From a virus (lineage: Duplodnaviria; Caudoviricetes), in IMG/VR virus record IMGVR_UViG_3300030095_003569, positions 1 through 34,696 of that record: a stretch of 34,696 nucleotides of DNA. The stretch is one strand, 5' to 3'. Below, in pieces: positions 9,476 to 19,058 of the stretch. Made by a program: the position numbers and the translations under genes. The stretch's first letter is position 1. Each line of letters starts with the position of its first letter. Under the pieces are notes generated by a model. It saw nothing but the letters and a program-made list of their open reading frames with translations. It was not told the origin of the DNA and ran no database searches.

Positions 9476-12400
9476 ATGCCTAGACTTGTTGATCTTGAAG
9501 GTTTTGGTAGAATAGAGTTTCCAGACAATGCTACCAATGAACAAATTGATTCTTATTTAAAAGAAAATCAAGACAAATACTTTCCTCCTACACCCGATCC
9601 TTCTGTAGAAACTTCTCTACCTACCGAACCTCTTAGTTCTGGTTTGGGAGAAGATGATGGTAATATTTTAGCTTCTCTAACATTTGATCCTTTAGAACGT
9701 GGTATTCGTAATGCTCAAATTGCTTATAATGTTTTTCAAGAAAATGTAGGTCTTAATACTCCAGAAGAGGCGGCTGCTGATATTAAAAGATATCAAGATA
9801 GAATTGCAGAAATTCCAATGGGAGAAAGAAATGCAAAAACTTTAGAAACAATTGTTAATGCTAAAGGTTTAAAAGAAACTATGTCAGCTTTGGCAGACAA
9901 CCCAGCTGTTCTTGGGCCTGTAATTGCTGAATCTTTTGGTACATATTTACCTGCTATTTTAGGAAGTGCTGCTGCAGCTTTTGTTGGGGCTCCTACATTA
10001 GCTACTGTAGGTATTTTAGCAACAGTAAGTGGTTCTACAGAATATGGTGCTTCTTTTTTAAATTCTTTTTCAGACATGGGTATTGATGTTACAGATCCAG
10101 CTATGTTAGCAAGAGCCTTAGATAATGAAATAGTTTCTAATAAAGCAAGACAATATGGACTTAAAAGAGGTATTCCAATTGCAGCTTTTGATGCTTTATC
10201 TTTTGGTATGGCTGGTAAATTAACAGGTTTGTTTAGAGCAGGTGCAAAAGAATCTGTAAAAAAAAATATAGCTAAAGGTGCAGGTGAGATTGTTCAAGCA
10301 GGTACTTTTGGTGCATCGGGTGAGGCAACAGCTCAATTAATAGCTGATGGTAAAATATCATCTATTGGTTCAATTGTTTTAGAAGGTGTAGCTGAAGGTC
10401 CAACAGGTGTTATTGAAGCTAGTCTAAAATCACTTAAGAAAAAAGTTGAAGATCAAACAAGCACAGAAATAAAAGATTCAACGACTAAAACAAATGAAGA
10501 AATTTCTGAAAAAATAGGATACAAAACAAAAGAAACTATTGGTTTAAAAGGTCAAAAAATAAAAGAACTTGATAAAAGAAGTAACTTTATTCGTGCCTCT
10601 GTTGTTGATGAGTTTATTAAAAAAAGTCCTAAAAAATCTATTGTAACTCCTAAGAAAATTGAAAACTTTTTAAATAAAGAATTTGGAGTAGATTTAAATG
10701 TTAAAGAACTATTAGATTCAAAAGTTGAAACAGGTATTTTAGTTAAAGATGGAAGAAGTTATCGAATAGCTGATGTTGATGGAGCTATAGCTTCTGGTAT
10801 AGGAAGTAATGAAGATCAAGTAAAAAATAAAAAAATAATAAAACCTAAAATTAAACTTAATAAAAAGAGAACAAAAGAAACTGGTGTAAAAGTAGAAAGT
10901 ATTATTACTAATAAACAAGAAGTAGGCACAATACAAGAAACACAAACAGTAGTAGAAGAAAAACCTAACTTAACAAAGGCAAATATAAACAGATTAAATA
11001 ATTTAAATCAAAAAAGAAAAGAATTAAACAACCAAAGAAAAAGCATTCTTAAAGAACAAAAGATAGCTAAAAATAAAAAAATATATGATAACAGAATTAA
11101 AACTGTAGATAATAAATTAAACAACATTACAAAACAAGAAGATCAAATTAATAAACCAAAAAAAAGAAAAGAAAAAAATTTTATAGTTACCGTTGATCAA
11201 AATATTTTTGAAACTCCTAGTAGATCAGAGGCTATAAAAAAAATTAATGAATTTGTTAATATACAACCCAAAAGTGTTAAACCATCTATGGGTACAAACG
11301 AGTCTTTAGAAACTGAAAATAAAAAAACTACTAAACAAATTAAAAAAGAAATTAAAGATGCTGTTAGCACTAATTTAGTTAAAGATTATGTTTTGCCTCC
11401 TCAAGAAGAAAAAAGTGAACAAGCTCAAAATTCTGATGATGTAGAAACAATATTAGAACAAGCAACAGATGAAGAAGGTGTTAATCCTAATACAAAAGAA
11501 GGCAGAAAAGCTTTAAATAAAATTAATAAAGTAACTCAAAATATTAAAGGATTTGATAAAAACGATTCTCAAATAAGTTTACTTAAAGATAAATTTTTTA
11601 GTGATCTTTACCAATTAGCTACTAAAAGCAAAGCTATTGCTAGATATTTTAATCCTGTTTTAAATCAAGAAGATTCAAGAGTAATGTTAAATAATCAACA
11701 AGCTAAAATTATTTCGGATGCTTTTTTAAAATTACCAAATAATAAAAAAGTAGGTGAAGTTATAATGGCTGCTACTTATGCTAGAAGAAATAAAAGAATT
11801 TTATTAGCTAATGACGACGGTAAAATTATAATTACGGAAGCTGAATTAAGAAATGATCCAACTAAAGAAGAAAGTTTAAAAATAAATCGTAAAAAGGTTT
11901 TAGGTATTGCAGATTTATATTTTGGAACTGAATTAACAATTGAAGGTGATTTAGTTTTAGATGAATTGCAAGTTAATGCTTTAAATAAATTAGTTGAATT
12001 AGGTCAATTTCAAAAAGATAATGCAATAAAACTTCATATTCAACAGTTAATTGAAATGTTAAATCCAGAAGATTTTAGATTAATTGACGTTACAAATCCT
12101 GTGGGCATTAAAGATATTTTAACAAAAAAATACGAACTAGCATCAGAAGAATTAACAGATAAACAAAAAAAACAATTAATTAATGATATCGATGCTATTG
12201 AAAAAGTAGCTAATTCAATTTTAAATTTAAAAAAAAATAGAGATACTTCTACTTATGTTCCTTTAAGCAGACAAGGTAATGAATATCTTTCTGTTATTGA
12301 AAACCAATTAGAATATCCAAGAGATAAAAACGGTAAACCTGATTTAACAGCAGAGCCATCAGTTATAAAAAGAACTATAATGTGGAAAGCTTTTAACACA

Positions 12401-14734
12401 AAAAATATTAATTCTTCTCCAATTTTTAAAAGCACTAGAAAAGCTAGAAAAAATAAAAAAAAGGCTATTCAAATAGAACAAAAATTAAAAGAAAAATTTA
12501 ATCCAAATGAAAAATTAACAGATGAAAATAATGTAATCATAAAAGATAAAAATGGTAAACCTATTTTAAAATATGTTCATAGTGGTTTAAAAGAAAATAA
12601 TTACAATGAAATTGTTAAAAGTTTAGATAAAGGATTTGCTCAAAATTTAGATAATTTTTTACAAGTTACTCCAAGCATAAGTTCTTTATCTGAACCTGAA
12701 AAAGAACAATTAGTTAAAAAAGCTAAAGATGTAGAAGTTTTTCAAAAAAGACCTTCTTTTTTTAAAGAGTCTAAAGTAATAGCTGGATTTGAACCAACCG
12801 ATGGTATGGAAATGTTAGTTAATCAAATACAAGCATTTTCAAATTGGTCATCAACAACAGAATTTAAACCTAGAATTAAAGAAGTTGTAGATGATGTTGA
12901 CAAAGATGAAACAATAACAAAACAAGAAAAAAACTTAATAAAAACTCATCAAAAATATTTGCAAGAATTTCCTAATGAGCATAATAGTTTTAGAAATTTA
13001 GGATTTATGTGGTTTTTAACAGATGCTAGTGCTGCGGTTGTAAACCAACTTCAAGTTGTTCCTGCTATGATTTTTAATAGTCAAGTATTAGGAGGTGGTT
13101 TATTGAACTCTATGAAACTACATTCTCTTGCTATGAAAGATGTTATTAAATATGGTTTTAGTCCTTTAAAAGGAACAACAGAATATGGTAATGCAATTAG
13201 TGTAGAAAAAATTGCTAATTCTCCTCTTGCTAATAGAATTAAACCTTTTAAAGACCTTAATTATTTAATTTCAACTTTTATAAACAGTAGTAGAACTAAT
13301 CAATTAATAGGTGCCGAAAAAGAAGAGTTAATTCAAAATGAAACTAAAACTATAGCTGAAGCAGCTAAACCTATTCCGACTAAAATTAAAAATGTTTTAA
13401 CAACTATGTTTAGTAGTTCTGAGGCTTTAAATCGTTTTGGAACTTATGTTTCTGCATATGATATTTTAAATTCAGATGTATCTTTACAAAGAATGATTAA
13501 AAATCTTTCTGCAAATCCTTTATTTATAGAAAGAGTTAATCAAAAAGGAATTGATTTAAGCACTGATGTAGGCTCTATGACTCAAGATCAAAAAGATGGT
13601 TTAAAAGAAATAGGTGCTCGAATGTCTGTTGAAGAAACTCAACATTTATATGGAAGGCTTAGTAAACCGGGCTTAACTAGAGGATTCGGTGCTCTTCTTT
13701 TTCAATTTGCTGATTATGCTGTTAATCAAATGAATTTAGTTAATAGAATGGCTAGATATTATGGTCCAGATGGAAAAAAAGCTGCGGCTTTATATGCTAC
13801 TGCTTTAGTAGGAATGGGTGGTTTTTTAGGACTTCCTTTCTTAGATGATTTTCAAAAAATTGTAGAAGCAACTTATAATCAATTTGCAAAAGTAGATATT
13901 AATGTTGAAAAAACTATGAGAGAATATATAGCTAAAACAACAAATCCTGAGTTTGCAGATATGTTAGCAAGAGGTTGGTTAAGTCAAGCTGCTAGCACAG
14001 ATATTGGAAGACGTGTAACATTAGGAACATTTCCTATAACAGGTATAATTGCTGATTTTTTAACTGGACGAACAAGTTTAGTTGACTTAGGTCCTCCTTC
14101 TTTAGGTGTTCTAGATGGAATGGCGATGGCTATAAAGAATGCTGCAAAATATGAAGATAAAAGAGAATTAGTTAAACTTTTACCAAAACCTTTTGCATAT
14201 ACATATAAATCTTATTTTGAATATCCTGAAAAAGGAATAAGAAGTGAAAGAGGAACATCTGTTTTGCCAGTACCAACTCCTTCTGTGATTGATCAAGAAA
14301 ATAAAGTATTAACAGCTGGTGAAAAATTTTTATATGCTTTAGGTTTTACTCCAAAAAAAATAGCTGATGCAAGAAGAAAAACTTATTATACTAATTTTTC
14401 TAAAAATGCATCTAGAGAACTACAAGAATTTTTTACAAATGAAATAGTAAGAACTAGAGTTGCTTTGTATAACTTAACTACACAACAAACAAAAAGACAG
14501 TATTCTCCACAAGAAATTAATGATATGAGAAAAGAGTTTGCAAGAGATTTAGAAATTATCAGACAAAAAATAATTGAACATAATAAACAAGCAAATTTAA
14601 ATGAAGATTATCATTTAATAGTTAACCCTCAAAATACAACTATTGAGAAAAAAGTTGATGAAGCAATATTTGGTTTTAAAAAATATCCTAAGAAACTACA
14701 ACAAGAGATACGAGATATAGAAGGTTCTAATTAG
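9476..14734 (+). CDS. Large internal virion / ejection protein (gp16 analogue)
   Basis: 1752 aa, SD AAGGA. Hydrophobic Ala/Gly segments near the N-terminus, Lys-rich middle, helical C-terminus with LLFQF. Last and largest gene of the structural run. Confidence 0.6.
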   Translation: MPRLVDLEGFGRIEFPDNATNEQIDSYLKENQDKYFPPTPDPSVETSLPTEPLSSGLGEDDGNILASLTFDPLERGIRNAQIAYNVFQENVGLNTPEEAAADIKRYQDRIAEIPMGERNAKTLETIVNAKGLKETMSALADNPAVLGPVIAESFGTYLPAILGSAAAAFVGAPTLATVGILATVSGSTEYGASFLNSFSDMGIDVTDPAMLARALDNEIVSNKARQYGLKRGIPIAAFDALSFGMAGKLTGLFRAGAKESVKKNIAKGAGEIVQAGTFGASGEATAQLIADGKISSIGSIVLEGVAEGPTGVIEASLKSLKKKVEDQTSTEIKDSTTKTNEEISEKIGYKTKETIGLKGQKIKELDKRSNFIRASVVDEFIKKSPKKSIVTPKKIENFLNKEFGVDLNVKELLDSKVETGILVKDGRSYRIADVDGAIASGIGSNEDQVKNKKIIKPKIKLNKKRTKETGVKVESIITNKQEVGTIQETQTVVEEKPNLTKANINRLNNLNQKRKELNNQRKSILKEQKIAKNKKIYDNRIKTVDNKLNNITKQEDQINKPKKRKEKNFIVTVDQNIFETPSRSEAIKKINEFVNIQPKSVKPSMGTNESLETENKKTTKQIKKEIKDAVSTNLVKDYVLPPQEEKSEQAQNSDDVETILEQATDEEGVNPNTKEGRKALNKINKVTQNIKGFDKNDSQISLLKDKFFSDLYQLATKSKAIARYFNPVLNQEDSRVMLNNQQAKIISDAFLKLPNNKKVGEVIMAATYARRNKRILLANDDGKIIITEAELRNDPTKEESLKINRKKVLGIADLYFGTELTIEGDLVLDELQVNALNKLVELGQFQKDNAIKLHIQQLIEMLNPEDFRLIDVTNPVGIKDILTKKYELASEELTDKQKKQLINDIDAIEKVANSILNLKKNRDTSTYVPLSRQGNEYLSVIENQLEYPRDKNGKPDLTAEPSVIKRTIMWKAFNTKNINSSPIFKSTRKARKNKKKAIQIEQKLKEKFNPNEKLTDENNVIIKDKNGKPILKYVHSGLKENNYNEIVKSLDKGFAQNLDNFLQVTPSISSLSEPEKEQLVKKAKDVEVFQKRPSFFKESKVIAGFEPTDGMEMLVNQIQAFSNWSSTTEFKPRIKEVVDDVDKDETITKQEKNLIKTHQKYLQEFPNEHNSFRNLGFMWFLTDASAAVVNQLQVVPAMIFNSQVLGGGLLNSMKLHSLAMKDVIKYGFSPLKGTTEYGNAISVEKIANSPLANRIKPFKDLNYLISTFINSSRTNQLIGAEKEELIQNETKTIAEAAKPIPTKIKNVLTTMFSSSEALNRFGTYVSAYDILNSDVSLQRMIKNLSANPLFIERVNQKGIDLSTDVGSMTQDQKDGLKEIGARMSVEETQHLYGRLSKPGLTRGFGALLFQFADYAVNQMNLVNRMARYYGPDGKKAAALYATALVGMGGFLGLPFLDDFQKIVEATYNQFAKVDINVEKTMREYIAKTTNPEFADMLARGWLSQAASTDIGRRVTLGTFPITGIIADFLTGRTSLVDLGPPSLGVLDGMAMAIKNAAKYEDKRELVKLLPKPFAYTYKSYFEYPEKGIRSERGTSVLPVPTPSVIDQENKVLTAGEKFLYALGFTPKKIADARRKTYYTNFSKNASRELQEFFTNEIVRTRVALYNLTTQQTKRQYSPQEINDMRKEFARDLEIIRQKIIEHNKQANLNEDYHLIVNPQNTTIEKKVDEAIFGFKKYPKKLQQEIRDIEGSN

Positions 14735-14763
14735 TTGACATTGCAATTTAGATTCATTATAAA
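14735..14763 (+). promoter_or_regulatory. Sigma70-type promoter for the glycosyltransferase operon (probably leaderless mRNA)
   Basis: TTGACA (14735-40), 17 nt, TATAAA (14758-63). ATG 14770 is 6 nt downstream and has no SD. Confidence 0.75.
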
Positions 14764-14769
14764 TTAAGT

Positions 14770-15573
14770 ATGGACCACATTCATGTTGTTATTGGCTGGG
14801 ACTCACGAGAAATAGATGCATATAACGTAGCTGAACATTCGGTTATTCGACGTTCATCTATTCCTGTTACTGTTACAAAACTTATGCATAATTCATTACG
14901 ATCTGCTGGTTTATTTAAAAGGGCTTGGAAGATTGATAAGAATGGACAACATTATGATGTTTTAGACAAAGCTCCTTTTTCTACAGAGTTTAGCCACACT
15001 CGATTTCTTGTTCCTGAATTAGCTAGATTAAATTCTATTAAAGGATGGGTTATTTTTTGTGATTGTGATTTTTTGTGGCTTGAAGATATTAAAAAATTAG
15101 TAGATGGTTTAGATTCAGAATATCCTGTAATGTCTGTGCATTTTAATTATAATCCAAATGAAGAGTATAAGATGGACAACAAAATACAGACCAAGTATAA
15201 TTGTAAGTTGTGGTCTTCGTTAATGGCTTTTAATATGGATCATCCTGACAATAAAAAATTAACTGTAGACATGGTAAACAAAGCTAAAGGACTAGACCTT
15301 CATCAATTTCAATGGTTAAAGAACGGTCCTGGGAGTGTGGGTGAGATTAATCCCTATTGGAATTATGTTCCTGACATAACTGAATATAAAACAACTCAAC
15401 CCAATGCTGTGCATTTTTCATTAGGAGGTCCTTGGTTAGAAGGATATGAAGATTGTCCGTTTTCAAAAGAATGGTATGCAGAAAAAGCACACATGGATAA
15501 TTCAAACATACGAACATTAAAACAAATGTTTTTAAATATAGGAGAATACAAACCGTCATGCCTAATAAATTAG
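14770..15573 (+). CDS. GT-A fold glycosyltransferase (GT8/CDI-like nucleotide-diphospho-sugar transferase)
   Basis: IGWDSRE, STEFSHTRFLVP, DxD motif (FCDCDF), WSSLMAFN, WNY, VHFSLGGPW. Confidence 0.8.
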   Translation: MDHIHVVIGWDSREIDAYNVAEHSVIRRSSIPVTVTKLMHNSLRSAGLFKRAWKIDKNGQHYDVLDKAPFSTEFSHTRFLVPELARLNSIKGWVIFCDCDFLWLEDIKKLVDGLDSEYPVMSVHFNYNPNEEYKMDNKIQTKYNCKLWSSLMAFNMDHPDNKKLTVDMVNKAKGLDLHQFQWLKNGPGSVGEINPYWNYVPDITEYKTTQPNAVHFSLGGPWLEGYEDCPFSKEWYAEKAHMDNSNIRTLKQMFLNIGEYKPSCLIN

Positions 15574-17183
15574 CAGTAGTAACATCGTTTCGAGGCGACC
15601 ATTGGAATATTTATGCTAAAGAATGTATCGATAGTTTTGTAAAGAATTGGCCTGAAGATGTTAAGCTTTATGCTTACTATAATGATTGGCCAGAAGTCGG
15701 TCTTCAAAACTATGATAAAAAAAGAGTTAAATTTATTGACCTTACCGATAATGATAATGGCTTATGTAAGTTTTTAGAAACTCATAAAGACAATCCTAAC
15801 AAATCTAACTGGCGAACAGATGCAAATCGTTGGGCTTATAAAGTTTATACTGAATACGATTTCTTTGTTAAGAGCCCACCAAAATGTGATATAGGTATTT
15901 GGTTAGATGCTGACACAGTAACCTATAATAAAATTACACACAAAGAATTATCAGAGTGGCTACCAGAAGGACAAGATATTTGTATCCTAGATCGTACAGC
16001 AACCAACTATGCAGAAGCTGGTTTCTTTATGTTAAAGATGAGTGACTTAAATCAAGCTGTAATCGCAGACCTATATGGAACTTGGAATACTGGCGAAGTC
16101 TTTAACTATAAAGAGTGGCATGATGCTTTTGTCTTAACTCGATTGTTAAAACTACACCAAGCTCATGGTATGAAAATATATAATTTATCTCCTTATTGTG
16201 CTGACCTTAATGCTTTTGAATGTTCTCCTTTAGTAAGATATCTTTACCATAATAAAGGAATGTTAAAGTTTAAACAGAACGAACAAGAAGTAGCTAATAT
16301 AAAAACAGATGTGCAGCATCAACCAAAGAATAGCAATAAAAAACCAATTATTGTACAACCTCAAGATTGTATGCCTGTAGAAGAGATTCGTACAAACATC
16401 TTGACAAATTCAAAACGAATACCTTCTATGTTAAAAAAGTGTCAGTGGAATAACGAAGAAGTTGCTATTGTCTCTGCGGGTCCCTCATTAAAAAATAATT
16501 TAGAAAATATTCGGATTGAACAAAATAACGGTGTTAAAATTATATGTGTTAAACATAGCCACAACATACTTCTTGAAAATGGTATACAACCTTGGGGCTG
16601 TACAGTTTTAGATCCTAGACCTTTTCACGAAAAGTCTACCCATGGTTTTGTAAGAAAAGAATTATTAGCTGAACCACATCCTAGTATTAAATACTTTGTA
16701 GCTACGATGTCTAATACAGATGTTGTAACTCATTTACTTGATAAGAAAGCTAACGTTATAGGATGGGATGCTTATTGTAATGCGATTGAAGGTTGGGATT
16801 ATTTTAAAGATAGATTGTTAATAACCGGAGGAACCTGTGCTGGTATGAGGTCAATTGGTTTAGTCCATACTCTTGGTTTTAGAACGGTTCATCTTTATGG
16901 GTTTGACTCTTGTAACGATGGACCACCTAAAGATAAGAATGAACTAGGAGAAGATGGTACAAAAAAATGGTTAAAGGTTTCTGTAGGTGAAGACAATAAA
17001 CCATTTTGGACAACAGGAGAACTGTTAGCTCAAGCTCAAGACTTTGAAAAGTTGATGCAAAATGAAGAAGTTGATTTACAAATCAATGTTCATGGCACTG
17101 GTTTAATACCAGCTTTATGGAACGACGGTTTAAATAAAAAAAATAATACAACAACGTATAGGGAATTGTTTGATGAAGAATAA
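15558..17183 (+). CDS. Two-domain protein: GT-A glycosyltransferase fused to a MAF_flag10/DUF115 (MptE-like) domain
   Basis: N-half: WLDADT (DxD), EAGF, EWHDAFV, HNKG. C-half: AIVSAGPSL, ITGGTCAG, LGFRTVHLYGFDSC. Confidence 0.7.
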   Translation: MPNKLAVVTSFRGDHWNIYAKECIDSFVKNWPEDVKLYAYYNDWPEVGLQNYDKKRVKFIDLTDNDNGLCKFLETHKDNPNKSNWRTDANRWAYKVYTEYDFFVKSPPKCDIGIWLDADTVTYNKITHKELSEWLPEGQDICILDRTATNYAEAGFFMLKMSDLNQAVIADLYGTWNTGEVFNYKEWHDAFVLTRLLKLHQAHGMKIYNLSPYCADLNAFECSPLVRYLYHNKGMLKFKQNEQEVANIKTDVQHQPKNSNKKPIIVQPQDCMPVEEIRTNILTNSKRIPSMLKKCQWNNEEVAIVSAGPSLKNNLENIRIEQNNGVKIICVKHSHNILLENGIQPWGCTVLDPRPFHEKSTHGFVRKELLAEPHPSIKYFVATMSNTDVVTHLLDKKANVIGWDAYCNAIEGWDYFKDRLLITGGTCAGMRSIGLVHTLGFRTVHLYGFDSCNDGPPKDKNELGEDGTKKWLKVSVGEDNKPFWTTGELLAQAQDFEKLMQNEEVDLQINVHGTGLIPALWNDGLNKKNNTTTYRELFDEE

Positions 17184-18084
17184 AAAAATAGTTGGAGTGT
17201 TTATTAACACGGCCGTACAAGATCCACATTTAAATTGTTTAACAGCTTTCTGTCATGGAGTTAGAACAACAACAGATCATTTAGTTTTTTTGTCAAACTC
17301 TCCACATTACATGCAGTGTGATGTAGCTGTTATGTTTGGTTCTTGGAAGAATAGAGACAATCCACATCATGTTTTAAAAAATGATATACGAGAAAAACAT
17401 AAAGGAGACTTCTTGGTTCTTGAAACACCTTTATTAGGTAGAACAATAACAGAAGATCATAAATACTATCGAGTAGGAAAAAATCATTATATGGATACAT
17501 TAGGTGGTTTTAACAATAAGAATAGTGAAAAAGAACGTTGGGGTATTCTAAGAACCGATTTAAATATAGAGGTTAAAGAATGGAGAAAAGATGGTAAACA
17601 TATATTATTTCTTATGCAACTTCCAGGGGATGCTTCTACTTTAGAAACAAATATATTACAATGGTTACAAGATAATATAATTGAATGCCAAAAACATTCT
17701 AAACGTTTAATAAAGGTTCGTATGCATCCATTGATTTCTGGTTATGATTTATCAAAGTTTGAAAATTTTATTAAGGAGAAAAAGAATGTTGAATTGGTTA
17801 AAGGAAACACAACAAAAATTGAAGAAGACCTTAAAGATTGTTGGGCAACAGTTAGTTTCACAAGTGGGGGATCGGTGGATAGTATGCTTAATGGTGTCCC
17901 TGTTATTACACCTAGTAATCTTAATTTTACTTATCCAATCTCTAGCCATAGTTTAAAAGATATTGAGAAACCAATGATGGAAGACCGACAACAGCTATTA
18001 CAAGACTTAGCTTTTACACAATGGACTGTTACAGAAATAGCTCATGGTTTGCCTTGGAAACATTTAATGGAGGACAATGACTGA
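17170..18084 (+). CDS. Putative GT-B glycosyltransferase (capsule-synthesis KpsS/KpsC-like)
   Basis: LFLMQLPGDAS, KVRMHP, TVSFTSGGSVDSMLNGVPV motifs. Overlaps both neighbours, consistent with an operon. Confidence 0.6.
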   Translation: MMKNKKIVGVFINTAVQDPHLNCLTAFCHGVRTTTDHLVFLSNSPHYMQCDVAVMFGSWKNRDNPHHVLKNDIREKHKGDFLVLETPLLGRTITEDHKYYRVGKNHYMDTLGGFNNKNSEKERWGILRTDLNIEVKEWRKDGKHILFLMQLPGDASTLETNILQWLQDNIIECQKHSKRLIKVRMHPLISGYDLSKFENFIKEKKNVELVKGNTTKIEEDLKDCWATVSFTSGGSVDSMLNGVPVITPSNLNFTYPISSHSLKDIEKPMMEDRQQLLQDLAFTQWTVTEIAHGLPWKHLMEDND

Positions 18085-18391
18085 TAAAAAAGATAAAGAC
18101 GTAGTTGTAAATTTATTTAAACACGGTGAGCCACAGTTTTTTGATAAGACTGCTGCTTTACAAATACCTTCTGAAGAATATCAAAAAATGGTATTAGAGG
18201 GTGTTAAAAGAATAGAAAATGATGTTCCTAAATTAAAAGCTACAGGCATGATTACTATTTTAATGGATGATAAAGGTCCTCTAATTGATTACTTTGTAGG
18301 CAGTATAAATTTAAGTCAAGCTTATGTTTTGATGGACCAAATAAAGAATGTTATAATAGATAAACTTAATGGAGTAGAGGAAGAAGAATGA
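18077..18391 (+). CDS. Hypothetical protein
   Basis: GGAGG SD; overlaps both neighbours. Confidence 0.6.
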   Translation: MTDKKDKDVVVNLFKHGEPQFFDKTAALQIPSEEYQKMVLEGVKRIENDVPKLKATGMITILMDDKGPLIDYFVGSINLSQAYVLMDQIKNVIIDKLNGVEEEE

Positions 18392-18786
18392 TTGCTAACA
18401 GTGTTATCGGAGTAGCCGGAAAAATCCTAGACAAGTTTGTCGAAGACAAAGATTTAAAAACTAAGATTAATGGCGAGTTAAGGAAGCAGACATTAGCCCT
18501 TGCTCAAGAACAAGCTAAAGCCAATACAGAACAAGCCAAGCATCCTAGCATATTTGTGTCAGGAGCTAGACCAGCCATAATGTGGGTAGCTTGTTTGGGT
18601 TTATTTACAAATTTTTTTATTCTTCCCCTAGCCGAGTGGGCCTGTGCTATATGGGCCCCCGGTGTTTCTTTGCCTGATTTACAAACGGATGAACTTTTAT
18701 CGTTAGTCATAGCTTTGCTCGGGCTTGGTGGCATGAGGTCATTCGAGAAGGCTCGTGGTGTAGCTAGAGACAATCTTAAAAAATAG
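18388..18786 (+). CDS. Holin of 3 TMs (GTA_holin_3TM-like)
   Basis: KILDKFVEDKD, SIFVSGARPAIMWV, ALLGLGGMRSFEK signature; hydrophobic helices. Confidence 0.8.
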   Translation: MIANSVIGVAGKILDKFVEDKDLKTKINGELRKQTLALAQEQAKANTEQAKHPSIFVSGARPAIMWVACLGLFTNFFILPLAEWACAIWAPGVSLPDLQTDELLSLVIALLGLGGMRSFEKARGVARDNLKK

Positions 18787-18788
18787 TA

Positions 18789-18817
18789 TTGTTTATCTAA
18801 ATAAGTGTTATTATAAT
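18789..18817 (+). promoter_or_regulatory. Sigma70-type promoter of pqqA
   Basis: TTGTTT (18789-94), 17 nt, TATAAT (18812-17), immediately after the holin stop. Confidence 0.65.
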
Positions 18818-18823
18818 CATCTA

Positions 18824-18870
18824 TAGTGGCTGCGGTCTTTGACAACCAGCACTAATGTTAACCTTTAACA
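18824..18870 (+). promoter_or_regulatory. Structured 5' leader of pqqA
   Basis: TAGT(G)GCTG...CAGCACTA stem with inner GTC-TTT-GAC (18824-18854), then weak TGTTAA-CCT-TTAACA (18856-70), just before SD GGAG (18873-76). Confidence 0.5.
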
Positions 18871-18881
18871 ATGGAGTTGTT

Positions 18882-18962
18882 ATGTCAATATGGACACAAC
18901 CTAAAATCACTGAAATATCTGTTGGTCTAGAGATCAATAGCTATGCTTGTGCTGAAAAATAA
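18882..18962 (+). CDS. pqqA: Pyrroloquinoline quinone precursor peptide PqqA (26 aa)
   Basis: Translates to MSIWTQPKITEISVGLEINSYACAEK*. Has the W-x-x-P...E..vG.E-x-x-x-Y pattern of alphaproteobacterial PqqA, with core E-I-N-S-Y. SD GGAG 5 nt upstream. Below the ORF-track size cutoff. Confidence 0.9.
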   Translation: MSIWTQPKITEISVGLEINSYACAEK

Positions 18963-18969
18963 TTGAGGC

Positions 18970-19024
18970 AAAAAAAATCCCTAGAGTCTTACGGTATCTA
19001 AACACCTTCCCAACTCTAGGGATT
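18970..19024 (-). terminator. Intrinsic terminator-like stem-loop where the two genome arms converge
   Basis: 12-bp perfect inverted repeat AATCCCTAGAGT (18976-87) / ACTCTAGGGATT (19013-24) with a 25-nt loop, followed by a U-run on the - strand. Confidence 0.75.
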
Positions 19025-19046
19025 ATATTGACGACGTTGTTTCAAT
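18970..19046 (-). ncRNA. Candidate ~75-nt small RNA
   Basis: Minus-strand promoter TTGAAC (19073-78), 16 nt, TATACT (19051-56); short ATTGA...TCAAT hairpin, then the terminator; no ORF. Confidence 0.35.
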
Positions 19047-19058
19047 TAACAGTATATA

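Noticed and set aside
18504-18845. 113-aa antisense ORF over the holin and pqqA promoter
   Set aside because: No SD or recognisable motif; the + strand features explain the region.
18970-19050. tRNA or attP site at the arm junction
   Set aside because: No cloverleaf or T-loop motif, and no integrase in the window.
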